Positions 11,630-25,192 of a stretch of DNA of 64,000 bases are shown piece by piece. Made by a program: the position numbers and the translations under genes. The stretch is from assembly GCF_000143415.4 (NCBI RefSeq), contig NW_003314299.1, positions 1,285,502-1,349,501 of the forward strand, written 5' to 3'. The notes below the pieces were generated by a model. The model made no database searches, was not told the DNA's origin, and saw only the letters and a program-made list of their open reading frames with translations. How positions within the stretch are numbered: position 1 is the stretch's first letter; the number at the start of each line of letters is the position of its first letter. This DNA is from Selaginella moellendorffii (Eukaryota > Plantae > Lycopodiophyta).

Positions 11630-12474
11630 AAAAAGAATTTGGAAACAGAATCAGAACACTGTAATGTAAGACAGCTGCTTCTTTAGCTGACACTATGTGT
11701 TAATTGTCCACCTTCATCCAGTGTTATCGGTAGGCCCTGGATTCCTTCCCGCCAGATTACTTTCAATACCCAGTTCAGGTCACTGCTCTCTTCAAACAAG
11801 GACCTAAAACTTATCTTCAACATTGGTGTTCTTTGGCCTCCTCAAGCATGAAGAGCCTGGGTCCAAACGAGAGAGGTCATCCACAGGGACCAAGCTTAAA
11901 AGCCAAAATGAAAACAGATAACAAGCAATACAATATACAAGGTAGGCCCTTCTTGTATATTTTGGTAGGATGTCAAGGTCAGTTTCGTACAATGGGTCCA
12001 GAAAAAAACGTGCGAAGAATAAGGAAAGTATAATAGAATGCTCGATTTTGGACTTTTTTAAAAAGTAATTATGCTACATAAAAAAATTACTACTTTTTAG
12101 GTTGGACAAATCGTTTTTGGAATGTATTTTATCATATAAAGGAAGGGTAATTAATGTTGTGTTGTCCTGAATGGATATACTTAAAATATGCTTAGATATT
12201 CTAGGATTTTAAGGGTTGTTAGATTAATTTTGCATTTATAATTTATAAGCATGTTTATAATTTATAAACTTTCCAAAACACTTTTTAGAATATTCTTTTT
12301 ATTATACCATCTAGATTAATCTTCTGTTTATAAATTATAAACATGTTCATAATTATAAAATTCCATTAATAATATAAATAATACTACTATTAAGCAAATG
12401 TTGCATGCAGAAAATTATCAATACATATACATATACATATATACATATATATACATATACATACATACACACAC

Positions 12475-12546
<72 letters not shown>

Positions 12547-14025
12547 GTGTGTGTGTGTGTGTGAGGTCCAAGTGCCAAGTGTATGACTACGATGCCATAT
12601 ACTAATATTAATGTAATAGGATTTTGGTAGCCATTGGATTAGTTTTAATCCAGACCACTTGCTCTCATATATAGATTAGAGTTTTTGAGCTAGTTAATAT
12701 ATATTCTCTTTCCATATTCCATGCACTCACATTGGTGGACGTGAGGGGCAATTTTGATTGTCCATGAAGATTGCTTGGATTTGGGATTTTACTTTAGACT
12801 TAGCTTTTACATTGCCTAAATTTTCTTTTTTCTTATAGCTTTTCTCACATTCTTCTTTTCTGCTCTTTCCTTTTCATTCATCTTCATGATAAAGTAACAA
12901 CCTCCTCTTCCTTTGACTCTAGAGTAATAGTTAATGCAATTTTTCGATGCTATATGGTTGTAGTTGTTCTTTCCCTTTCAAAAAGAATTTGGAAACAGAA
13001 TCAGAACACTATAATGTAAGACAGCTGCTTCTTTAGCTGACACTATTTGTTAATTTTCCACCTTCATCCGGTGTTATTGGTAGGCCTTGGATTCCTTCCC
13101 GCCAAATTACTTTTAATACCCAATTTAGGTCACTACTCTCTTCAAACAAGGACCTAAAACTTATCTTTAACATTGGTGTTCTTCAGCCTCCTCAAGCATA
13201 AAGAGCCTGGGTCCAAATCAGAGAGGTCATCCACAGGGACCAAGCTTAAAAGCCAAAATGAAAACAGATAACAAGCAATACAATATACAAGGTAGGCCCT
13301 TCTTGTATATTTTGGTAGGATGTCAAGGTCAGTTTTGTACAATAGGTCCAGAAAAAAATGTGCAAAGAATAAGGGTTAAAATATAATAGAATGCTCGATA
13401 CAGTTTGGACTTTTTTTAAAAGTAATTATGCAATATAAAAAATTACTACTTTTTAGGTTGGATAAATCATTTTTTGAATGTATTTTATCGTATAAAGGAG
13501 TGATTATGGAGGATAATTAATGTTGTGTTGTCCTGAATGGATATACTTAAAATATGCTTAGATATTCTAGGATTTTAAGGGTTGTTAGATTAATTTTGCA
13601 TATATAATTTATAAACATATTTATAATTTATAAACTTTCTAAAACACTTTCTTGTATATTCTTTTTTATTCTACCATCTAAATTAATCTTCTGGTTATAA
13701 ATTATAAACATGTTCATAATTATAAACTTCCGTTTGATCAATTAGATTAATAATATAAATAATACCATTATTAAGCAAATGCTGCATGCAAAAAATTATT
13801 AATACATATATATATATATATACATACATATACATATACATACACACACACACACACAGATCTAGCTTTTGCATTGTTTAAATCTTCCTTTTTCTTATAG
13901 TTTTTCTCACATTCTTCTTTTTCATTCTTTCTTTTTCATTTATCATTATGGCAGAGTAACAACCTCCTTTGACTCTGGAGTAGCAGTTGGTGCAATTGCT
14001 CGATGTTATATGATTGTAGTTGAAC
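11630..14025. repeat. Tandem duplication with ~1350-bp offset (CYP74 upstream region + microsatellite + retroelement 5' region)
   Basis: aaaagaatttggaaacagaatcagaac starts at both 11631 and 12981 and stays colinear for ~800 bp. Confidence 0.9.
12420..12560. repeat. Compound microsatellite (TACATA)n/(CA)n/(TA)n/(TG)n; shorter copy at ~13802-13858
   Basis: Seen directly. Confidence 0.95.
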
Positions 14026-14283
14026 AATCAAACTTAATTGATGGTGGCACTCATGGCGCATGGTATAGTTCTTTTTGCTTTTGTTGTCAATCCTCGAGTT
14101 TAGTCAGAATTCTTTTGTGGGAATCCTAGGGATGATGTGTACCATTGGTTCAATCACTTCACGGTGATTATCACATATCATTCTTAAGATGATGCTTAGC
14201 ATTTGTGTGAATTTCCCATGTGTCTTCAAGGGATGACACTACAATGGTACAATGGTTTGAGTGCAGTCATTCGTGAGGATTAG
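12560..14283 (+). mobile_element. Non-chromovirus Ty3/Gypsy remnant S1: 5' LTR 12560-12731, PBS, gag start (broken by the tandem duplication and by element A)
   Basis: Reverse-complement match to the LTR and gag of the element at 51452-56342; TGGTGGACGTGAGGGG follows the LTR; gag GDDVYHWFNHFTVI. Confidence 0.8.
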
Positions 14284-17200
14284 TGTAGCGCACCTAAATT
14301 TGGAGCCAAACTTCAAGCCTATTGCACTACAAAACGAGGGTTTAGTACAATCCCATGAGCACCAACTCCCCATATCTAGCACCTACACGCAAAATGGTGT
14401 TAAACGGTGTTTGGCACGATTTTGGCATACTAGTGGCCTAACACAAGGAGGAGGGTACTCCACCGACTAGAGCAGCGTGGAGCTTGGGCTTAGACCCAAG
14501 CCGGATACAGAACAAGGAGCGACACAACCTAATAGAAGCCAAATTAATGTCTTAGGTGGTCAAATATACATTCCAACCACTATCCCTACCCCATAGCCCA
14601 CGCTTTGGGCTTTCACCCCAAGCCTCCCTTAGTCCTTTAGTACTAGGAGTTAGTCTCTGGGACAAACTTAAAACTTACTAAATATGGAATGTCCTTAGAT
14701 TACAAATTTAGACACGGGACAAACACTATTGTGTTCAAGCCAATCTTTACATTCTGTAGATATGCTAAATTAACAAATCTAGACACTGTTCATAATTAGC
14801 CTATGGAATGAAACGAGACTAACACAAAGGGCATGATAATAAGGGTGTTTGACAGACACGGTAAGCTATCATTCAGCAATATTATCCTTATGCTTATCCA
14901 GCCAAGTACAAATGCTAAGTTCAGTTTACAAACACTTGGACAAGAAGGGTTAATAAAGGAAACCAATAGTACTAACCTCCTACTGTCATAGTAGTAAGGA
15001 AAGAGTGTCCGTAAGGATTGGTCGACAAGTATCTTTTGATACCCGAAGTCACATTCGCGACATCTCCCCCCCTTAAGGAAGATTGACATCCTTGTCGATG
15101 CATATCCGAGTCTAACAAACCATTAAGGAAACAACTCCAAAAGTTAACAGAAAGCACACTATGTGAGAAACACACTGACTTAAATGAATTATGGAACAAC
15201 CTTTCTTTTACATCCCAAGATGTTAAGACTCAAACACCCTTTAGCCGCCACCGATAAGGTAATGACTAATGGAGTTAGCCACCTTTGCTACTCCAAGTAC
15301 CACTCGGATTACAAAGGAATGATACATCCTTACCCATAGGGATATAGGGAGAAGGCCAAATGCCCAACTTCCCCTAAGCAAGAAATCAACCCTGTCGGGA
15401 AGATTTAGACAACTATTAAATTAAGTTGGCAGATTAAGTTGTTTACACAACCATTCCCCTTTGCAAAAATGAGTCATCGAGAGAGGTGGGGACTTGTGAT
15501 CAGTCTATAATAGTTATCCCCATGGTTATGGATTGAAGCCATGCATCGAAGTGCTGAAATCAACTTGCCAAAACTGACCCAAGTACGAACGAATGAGAGA
15601 AACAAAACTTTGATTTATAGAAATATATTACTTTATTGATTTGCAAGATTTATTACAAGATTTACAAAAACTAGTCTTTATTATGATTCTCATACTTCGT
15701 GACAAGCTCATGAGCATGTGTAAGATTCCTAAGAGGTTCCTAAGCTGATTCACAAACTGGGTAACCTTTCTATGTAACTAGATACTCTTGACGTTTGGCA
15801 CGTTTCAGCTAGCGTGTACCCAAAATAGCTTCCACTTCATACTCAGGTTCATCATCCATAACTATTGATGGCAGACAAATCTCTTCTTGACGTGCAACAT
15901 CCATAGTGTATGGCATGAAATACATTATGAACATTGGACATTTCTGCAAGAAGATCCAATTGATAGGATACATTACCAATGCGTTTCAACACCCAACATA
16001 TCTTAGTAATAACTTCCAAGATAAAAATCCCTTAATATTCAAGTTCTGGGAAGATAGCTACACTTGATCTCCCACTTGATAGGATACATCCTGACAATGT
16101 TGATCCTTATCACGTCGATACCTATCCTGAGCTTTGCCCATTGCCTTAGTAGCTCTAGACTAACCTTGGCGTAGCTGCTCTGCATAAGTCTTTATGGCCG
16201 AGACCAACACTTTGGACATTAGTTTTGGTACAACAATTTGTTGAGAAACCCCACGAGCATTCCCTTGCAGCATCTCCCATGGAGAACAACCAATAGCATT
16301 GTGAAATGTGTTATTATAAAAAAAAACTTGTTGTGTCCAAATGCTCAACCTAGTCATGTTGATCTGCCACAACATAGTACCGCAGATAATCCTTAACTTG
16401 AGCATTCATGTGTTCGGTTTGTCCATTGGTTTGAGGATGATAAGCTATACTAAACTTCAACTTGGTACTAAACAACTAGAATAGTGTGCCCTAAAACTTC
16501 CCCATAAATCTCAAATCTCTATCTGAGATCATCTCTTCGAGAAGACTACGAACCCGCACTACTTCATAGAAAAAGAGCTTTGCTGCTTGCTTCACATTCA
16601 TTATTTCCACAGTTGAAATGAAGTGTGCAATCTTCAACAACCAATCCACAACTACCATCAAAGTATCATAACCCTTAGATTTTGGCATGCAAGTGATGAA
16701 ATCAAGTGTCATACTTTGAAATGGTTATGCTAGTGCTGGAATGCACTACAACTTTCTAGCCTACTTCTTAGTTCTATGCTTACATGTAAGCCATAAAATT
16801 CTCCTTTCCAATTTGCTAGCTTACCTCGACTATCTGTCTAACACTGCCTTGACTTTTGCTAAGTTCCCTTGCCAAGGTTCTCATCTATTGTACTAGCTCC
16901 TACTTGGTCCTACTTTCTTTCAGCTACTCACTGCACAAGCAACGAAGTGTTAGCCATCCATCCATGGATTCCCAAATCTCTCATAATCCCCCTCCCCAGG
17001 TTAGACTGGACTTAAGGTTCGGCTACACTTCCCACAGGCACAAGCAGCCAAGCATACCAAGCCTCCAGGTTCCTAACATCCCTTGGTACAACAAGACTTG
17101 ATCATGGGACCCTCTAAATCCCAAGCCTTGGGTGCAACACTTGCTTCGGGACACAAAGGCGAAACACCGTGGCCTAACGGCCCGGTATAGGTACCTCTAC

Positions 17201-17577
17201 CCCCCCCCACATCTATCCCGAAAGGAAGGCCCAAGCCCCTAGGAAGGGCGAGGACCAATGAGCCACAAGGTACTCAAGTGGGGCACCACTTCATATGAGC
17301 CGGGAGCACTGCAATTGGTTTCCCTTTCGGGAGTGGGAGCTGCTCTTGAGCACTTCCTTGAGTGGCCCCTCCGGCACCACCTGAGTCCATGCTCACCCCC
17401 ACCCAAGGCCCCTCGGCCCCAGTCTTAACCTCAAGTCAGTTTGGAAGCACCACTAAAGAGTTCCTTCAAGACTGGTTCCTAAACCTCACTATCCCTACTA
17501 TACTTTTGGAACCCCGTGCAACCCCCCTCCCCCCGGGAGACGCACGCTTTGGGCTTTCACCCCTTGACCCGTATTAA

Positions 17578-17840
17578 TACTCGGACTTGGTCTCGGACTC
17601 GATCTTAGACTCTATCTCGGACCGGACTTCGGACCGAACTTCGGACTCGATCTCGAACCCGATCTTGGACTTGACTTCGGACTCGACCTCAGACTCGGTC
17701 TCGGACCCGATTCAGATCTCGGACTCTGTCTCGAACTCGGTCTTGAACTCGGTCTCCGATTCGGCCTCAGACTCGATCCCAGACTCTATCTTGAACTCGG
17801 TCTTAGAGTCGGTCTTGGACTTGAACTTCGACTCGGTCCC
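17578..17840. repeat. Degenerate 12-mer minisatellite (TCGGACTCGATC) in the element B LTR
   Basis: Seen directly; counterpart at 23641-23687 and 31372-31520. Confidence 0.85.
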
Positions 17841-18259
17841 ATCCGATGAACTCTTTGTCATTTCGGTCATGTTTTCGGGGATCCTTTAGCCTACGACACC
17901 TCAGGGAGTTGGTTCCTTACAACTCCACCACCCATAGAAGAAGTTCGATGCCCACATCAAACGTCTTTTTTTTATCCTATGACTTGTTGACCATGTCTCC
18001 AAGGGCATCCCCCCACTTAGCGGTGTGCTTAAGTTAGCCTCCCTGGCCAAGAGCCCATGACAATAGAATATAGGTGTCCCTATACTCCTCACCTCACCAT
18101 GCCCTAGTATGAGGTCGGGACTTGAACCCAACCTTGCTTTACTAGGGGGTTGGGACTCGAACCCAACCTCCGTAGAATATGTCTACGGATTCGACATCCC
18201 CGTGGGGAGTCGGGCGTAGTTCCCTATGCCTGGTCGACCTAGTTAACCCATGCTAATTA

Positions 18260-21200
18260 GCTTACCTTCGGCGCGCCTTCGGGTCCCAACATATGCCATT
18301 GCTCAACTTCACAAATTGATACTTTAATTGAACTTTGCATAAGTATATAGAGTTCTGCCTTGCAGAAATTCCTCCACTAGATCTCGCGCGTTCGCTAAGT
18401 TCTCCTCCGGTTTCTATGTTGCTTCGCAGTGTGGAAATCCTTTCCACTTCACATGGAACTCTCTCACCTCGCGTCCTTGTCGCTTGCTCTTGCGCGCATT
18501 GAGGATGGCCTCGACTTCGTATTCCTCTTCCCCTTGGATAACCTCAGGTAAAGGTCTTACTTGGTCCTTGCGAAGTGGATCCTCAAAGTACGGCTTGAAC
18601 TCAAGATCAATTCATTTACAGGAATACATGCATTTTTACCTTTGGGTCAACTTCCGGCTGATCCCACCTGGTAGCCTAAGGTTCTTGGTGTTCAGCCACA
18701 CCTTCTCCCCAGCTTGGAACTCTACCTCCTGACTCTTCTGGTTCGCGTACTTGGTTTGCCTTTGTTGAGCTTGTTCCAAGGAATCCCTCACCAAATTCCA
18801 AATGTTGAGTCTTTCTGCCGTGAATGCCTCCACTGCAGGTAACTCTCCATGATACTCGGCCACGCTGAGTTCCACAAGACCTTCAATAGCTTGCCCATTG
18901 ATGACTTCCCATGGACTCACCTCGATGCTCGAATGTGGTGAGTTGTTATAACACATTTCCACAAGTCCCAAATGACTTACCCAATCGGTTTGGTCTCCCG
19001 AGACATAGCATTGCAAATAATCCTCTAGCTGCCTATTCACCCTTTCTGTTTGTCTGTCTGTCAAGAAGTGTTAGTGCCAAAAAACTTGACTTAATACCCA
19101 ATACCTGTCTGTGGGTGGTAGGTTGTGCTGAATTTCAACTTGGTGCGATAGTGTTCCAGGAAAGTTCTCTAGAACCTATTGGTGAAGATCTTATCTCTAT
19201 CTGAGATAATCTCTTCTGGCCTTCCCCGCACTCGAACCATGTGTTCGAAGAACAGCTTCACCACACCTTCCACATCCACTTCCGTTGTGGTGGGTATGAA
19301 ATGTGCCATCTTCGAAAATCGGTCTACCACCACGAATATCGCATCGAACCCCTCGCTTGGGTGGAGTCCCGTGATGAAGTTCATCGTAAGACATTTCCAC
19401 AGACGATCTGGAATTGGGATGCTTTGTAACAAGCCCCCACTAGCCTTAGTCATGGCTTTGACCTGCTGACATGTTGGGCATGTCTTTACATAGTCTTGGA
19501 CGTCCTTAGCCATATCTGGCCAGTGGTACTTCCTCTTGAGTAAGCCTATCGTCTTGGGCACTCTGCCGTGTCTCGCAAGAGGTTTGTCATAACACTCTTT
19601 TAAGGCTACCTTCATTAGTTCCCCTTCTAGAACATACACTCTCGTTTGTTTATAATAAATGAGTCCGTTGCATTCTGCATAGCTTGTTTTCTCTTCCGTT
19701 GGTAGCTCACCTCTCTGGTGGGCTTTCCGTGCCTCTAGATTCTGCAGCAACACTTCTTGTGCTAGACCATCGTTCTCATATGCTGTCCGCACATCATCCC
19801 AAAAGGTTGCTGTCGCATTGGATATCGCTAACTTCAAGCTTGCTTTTCGACTTAGCACTCTGCCACGATGTTGCTCTTCCCAGGCTTGTATAGAATCTCG
19901 CAATCGAACTCTGCCAAAGCATTGGCCCACCGACCATGTTTCCCTCTCAGATCGGGCTGTGACAAGTGTTTCGTTGTCACATTGTCCGTGTAAACCTTGA
20001 AGTGTCTCCCAAGGTAGTGTTGCCACTCCTTGAGCGCCTTGACCACCGCAAACAATTCCTTCTCGTGGGCAGGCCACTTCTGTTGAGCCTTGTCCAACTT
20101 CTTCGAGAAGAACGCTATTGGATGGTTGTCTTGCTTCAAAATTGTGCCCAACGCAAAGTCTGAAGCATCTGTTTCTACCTCAAAGTCCTTACTAAAGTCT
20201 GGTAACGCCAACACAGGAGCCTTCCTCAACTTCCCTTTGAGGTGGACAAATGCCGCATTGCATTTTGCTATCCATACCATCTTCCTTTTTCCCGTTTGGT
20301 CCGTTAAGGGCAGGGCTACTCTCGAATAGTGTCTGATAAACTTTCGGTAGTAATTGCATAGCCCGAAGAATGCCCTTAACTCGTGTATATTCGATGGTCG
20401 CTCCCAATCCTGGATCGCTTGGACCTTCTCAGGGTCCACCTTGAGCCCATCCTTGCCCACCACATGCCTGAGAAACTTTACCTCTTGTTGAGCAAAGTCA
20501 CATTTGCTTTCTTTAGCATATAGCTGATGTTCTCTTAGTTTCTCAAACACCTTCCTCAAGTGTTCGGCATGCTCCTCTAGCGTTTCACTATAGATCAGGA
20601 TGTCGTCAATATAGACGACCACAAAGTGATCCAGATAGGGTACAAAGATGTAGTTCATCAAGGCCAAAAACGTTGCTAGCGCATTGCATAACCCGAAGGG
20701 CATCACCAGAAATTCAAAGCTCCCATACCTTATTCGACAGGTTGTCTTCTCGACATCTTCCTCTGCTACCCTGATGTGGTAGTATCCTGTAATCCTTGGC
20801 AAAGGGTACTTGTTCTTCTTTGTATACTTGTTAAGAAACCGATAGTCTATGCATATGTGCATAGATCCATCTTTCTTTTTCACAAATAACATTAGCGCCC
20901 CATACGGCGACTTGCTCAACCTAACATACCCTTTGTCCACCAACTCCTTTAGTTGGCGCTTGAGCTCCTCGAGTTATTTTTCGTTCAAACAATAGGGGGG
21001 ACGAACCACCGCCTCAGCACCCTCAACTAGCTCAATCTTATGTTCTATCGGTCGTGCGGGGGCAACCCCGCCGGTAGCTCCTCCGGCATGGTATCCTGGA
21101 ATTGGTCCAACACCCACTGGATCACTAAAGGTACTTCTTCCATTCCCGTCTTTTTGTCACTCTTTACCGAGAGTAAGCACAAAAATGCTACCTTGGTTCC

Positions 21201-22900
21201 TTTAGTGAGTTGTCCTCTCGTGGACACCAGGTTTAGGCAGGAATCTTTGGCCTTGCATTGCCGTACCTTTAAATCCTGGGCCTCCACCCTGGATCTTCTT
21301 CCTTGGGCATTCGTTAATACCACAAGGTTCCTACCTTGTCCATACAGGGCTGCCACGAACCGATTGAATCAATCCATCCCAAAAATCACGTCAAATCCCG
21401 CCATATCCAACACGGTGAAATCCATGTCTACTTTCCATGTCCCTACTTCGACTCTCGCTTGTTAAAGTACCTCATCGGTGCTTTGGCTACCTTGAACAAA
21501 CTCTATAGTCCTTGGTTCGCCCAGCCGTTGCACCGTTAGTCCGGCTTGCCGGACTATGTCTGCAGCCACAAAATTATCCGAAGCACCTATAAGGATCTTA
21601 ATAAAGCTACCTTCGAGCTTCCTTCGGAGGGTTAGTAGATGTCGCGAACGACTCTCTATCAAAGTTGTTTGTGTACTGAGTAACTTTGAGTTAGGGACTA
21701 GATCACATACCTCAATTTGAATTTCACCCGACTTAATGGCCATATTGGCTCTGGCCTTCTTCAGGTAGGGACATTCCCTCGAAAAGTGTCCCGCTTCACC
21801 GCAGTTGTAGCATATGTTGTTTCCTATGCTGCTAAACGACTTGACCTTCTTATTTGTGGGTTTGTCTCTTTTCGCTTGACTCCCCCACGTACTTGCTCGC
21901 TAGCCCCCAGATTTGCCCTTCCGGAACCCAGAGGACTCATTCTTAGAGAAACTCTTCTTGAATTTCCCTTTGCTATACGTTCCCCTTGGTTTGGCCCCTT
22001 TGCTAAATGTGGACCCTGACCCCGTCGTGTTCCCCTTTCGCAGGTTATCATTGAAATGCACCTTGATGGCCGCATCTAATGCTTCCTTGTAGTTAGTCGG
22101 GTTCCAGCGCATCACCTCACCGCGAGCCCGCAAGCCTGATATGAAGGCATGGAACACATCTATATCACCTATATCTGTGACCAGTATCCTCTTTGCCATA
22201 AATCCATTCACTCTTGAATGGTTCCAGTCTGCTTCAGCTTACTTAGCTCATCCCTTAGGTGCAGAGTAACATTCAGAGGAACGTATGTCGCGCGGATCCT
22301 CGCCTTCATAATTTCCCAAGTGGCCACTGGTCCTTCGTTGGCCTCCGTCGTTCTCCACCAAGATTTAGCATTATCTGCCAAGTATGGTTTTGCACATGGG
22401 ACCTTCTTCGAGCTTGGTAGCCACAACACTCGGAAGTAGTCCTCCATATCATAAAACCAATCCTCCACCACCTTATACTCGTTCACTCCCTTGAAGACTG
22501 GTGGGGGCTTTGGTTTGTACTTGGGAACTGTTTGTGGGACTGATTCCACTTCGGTTTGTTCGACCTTGTTTGGTTCTGCCTCAGCCCCTGCTGAAGGGTC
22601 TGCACCTTTTACGTTGCCAGCATCCGCAGTCTTTTGCCTTTTCTTCCGCTTCTCATCACGCTTTAGCTTGCGTACGAGAGTCTCCAGCAGGGCATTGGTC
22701 TGTGCCAATTGTCCTTCTAGAACGTCCAATCGAGCCTTGGACGACCGAACCTCACCACCGGACTCCTGTTTGGAAGTTTCCTCACTGGAGTCCTCCTCAT
22801 GCAAAGATTCATCATCCATAGCCTCTTGTTCGATCGGAGGCTTTAGCTCTGGAGGAGGTTTTGTCTCTACCTTGGTTCGTTTCCACCCTGCCTTTGCCAT
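18260..22900 (-). pseudogene. gag-pol of element B (gag, CCHC knuckle, protease, RT YIDD, RNase H, integrase, chromodomain) with frameshifts, stops and an RT deletion
   Basis: ORFs 22208-22900, 19852-20943, 19169-20077, 18636-19064; chromodomain EEYEVEAIL..FHVKWKGFP at ~18400-18530. Confidence 0.9.
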
Positions 22901-24622
22901 CTCCCAGCAATCTGCCTCTATCCTTCGCTAGAACTGAGGAAAAGGCTCTGATACCAAATTGTAAGCCACAAATTTTTCCTTTCCAATTTGCCAGTTTACC
23001 TCGACTATCCATCCAACACTGCCTTGGCTTTTGCTAAGTTCCCTTGCCAAGGTTCTCGCCTATTGTACTAGCTCCTACTTGGTCCTACTTGCTTTCAGCT
23101 ACTCATTGTACGAGTAACGAAGCATTAGCCATCCATCCACGAATTCCCAAATCTCTCCCAATCCCCCTCCCCGGGTTAGACTAGACTTAAGGTTCGACTA
23201 CACTCCCCATAAGCACAAGCAGCCAAGCACACCAAGCCTCCAGGTTCTTAACATCCCTTGGTACAACAAGACTTGATCATAGGACCCTCTAAATCCCAAG
23301 CCTTAGGTGCAACACTTGCTTCAGGACACCGGGCAAAACACCGTGGCCTAACATTCCACATAAGCCGGGAGCACCGCAGTCGGTTTCCTTTTCGGGAGTG
23401 GGAGCTGCTCTTGAGCACTTCCTTGAGTGGCCCCTCCGGCACCACCCGAGTCCATGCTCACCCCCACCCAAGGCCCCTCGGCCCCAGTCTCAACCTCAAG
23501 TCAGTTTGGAAGCACCACTAGAGAGTTCCTTCAAGACTGGTTCTTGGACCTCACTATCCCTACTATACTTTTGGAACCCCATGCAGCCCCCCTCCTGGGA
23601 AACGCACACTTTGGGCTTTCACCCCTTGACCCGTATTAGTACTCGGACTTAGTCTCGGACTCGATCTCGGACTCGATCTCGGACTTGTGTAAGCGACTAA
23701 ATTTTCCATTCTACTTTAGTCACTTAACCACACCTCCGAACACTTGGAGGAGTTTCATTCACAACCTCCATAAGTCCAATCCAGGACTTGGGACTTGGTA
23801 GCCCCGAGAATGGCATCCATGCCACTCAACATTTGCACTTGGTCCAAGTGCTCCACGTGTCTGATCCCATGACCGACACTCAAAGGTACCACCACTTGCA
23901 TCACCGTCTTGGCTCTCCAAGACTAAGCAAACCATCCGTGAGTGGTCATCTCAGATCCACTCCTTAGCATCCTTAGGATGCCCACCGACAAGGGGAATAG
24001 CCTTCCCCAATATCCCTCTGTCAGTCCCCACTAAGTCCCTTTCTGCCCCTGGCCGTGTTTGCCAACACTGCCACTGGATCGAGACCCACAGGCCCGACCA
24101 CTAAGTCCCACGGTCCTCTGGGACTTCCTCACCAAACGACTATGTCCTTGGTCACTACCCCAGAGGACTGCTCCTCTTCCTTTCCACAGTCTAGGCCTTT
24201 GGGACAACATTTCGGAACACCGTGGCCTTACGCGAGCCACTTGGGTACTCTCCTCGCCTTCTGCCCTTGGGTGCTCTAGCCATGGGCTTAGAGCGGGTTC
24301 CGTTGAGCCACACCAGGTATCCAAGTAGGTAGTGCCACCCACACTTGGACTGGGAGCATCGGCCAGTCGATCTCCCGGGGGAACTAGAGCCGGCTCTTGA
24401 ACACTTCACCAAGCTACCCCACTTGTCGGTCTGTGTTCACTCTAGTCTTGGACTTCCCAGTGGGCAGCTCATCACCCAACACTGGGTCCGGCCTTCCTGG
24501 GCCAAACTGGCCTTTCTTGGCCAAACTGGCTCCACTGTAGTCCTCCCCCTACTATACTTTTGGAGCTCACCAAACCCCCCAGGGTCTGGGAGACGAACGT
24601 TTTGGGCTTTCACCCTCTCAGG

Positions 24623-25192
24623 CTTCGGACTCGGACTCGGACTCGGACTCGGACTCGGACTCGGATTCGGACTCGGACTCGGGCTCGGGCTCGATCTCGG
24701 CCTCGGCCTCGGTCTCGGTCTCGGTCCCGATCTCGGTCTTGGTCTCGGTCTCGGTCTCGGTCCCGGTCTCGGTCTTGACTTCGGACTCCATCTCGGACTC
24801 CATCTCGGACTCCATCTCGGGTCCATCTCGGGTCCATCTCGGACTCCATCTCGGACTCCATCTCGGGTCCATCTCGGACTCCATCTCGGACTCCATTTCG
24901 GGTCCATCTCGGGTCCACCTCGGACTCCATCTCGGACTCCATCTCGGGTCCATCTCGGACTCCACTTCGGACTCCAACTCGGGTCCATCTCGGGTCCACC
25001 TCGGACTCCACTTCGGACTCCATCTCGGACTCCATCTCGGGTCCATCTCGGACTCCACTTCGGACTCCAACTCGGGTCCATCTCGGACTCCACTTCGGAC
25101 TCCAACTCGGGTCCATCTCAGACTCCACTTCGGACTCCAACTCGGGTCCATCTCGGACTCCACTTCGGACTCCAACTCGAGTCCATCTCGAA
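24623..25192. repeat. LTR minisatellite: (TCGGAC)n/(TCGGTC)n then 11/12-mer units TCGGACTCCATC/TCGGGTCCATC
   Basis: Seen directly. Confidence 0.95.

Noticed and set aside
12353-12605. YI/IY-repeat ORFs
   Set aside because: Microsatellite translation
24590-24625. Hammerhead-like CTGAGA-GGGTGAAAGCCC-AAAAC on the minus strand (retrozyme candidate)
   Set aside because: Core lacks N7 and the G of GAAA; CTGA is not conserved in the A, B or D versions; no stems I/III found
24780-25190. CRISPR-like periodicity
   Set aside because: Tandem units without unique spacers, eukaryotic LTR context, no cas genes
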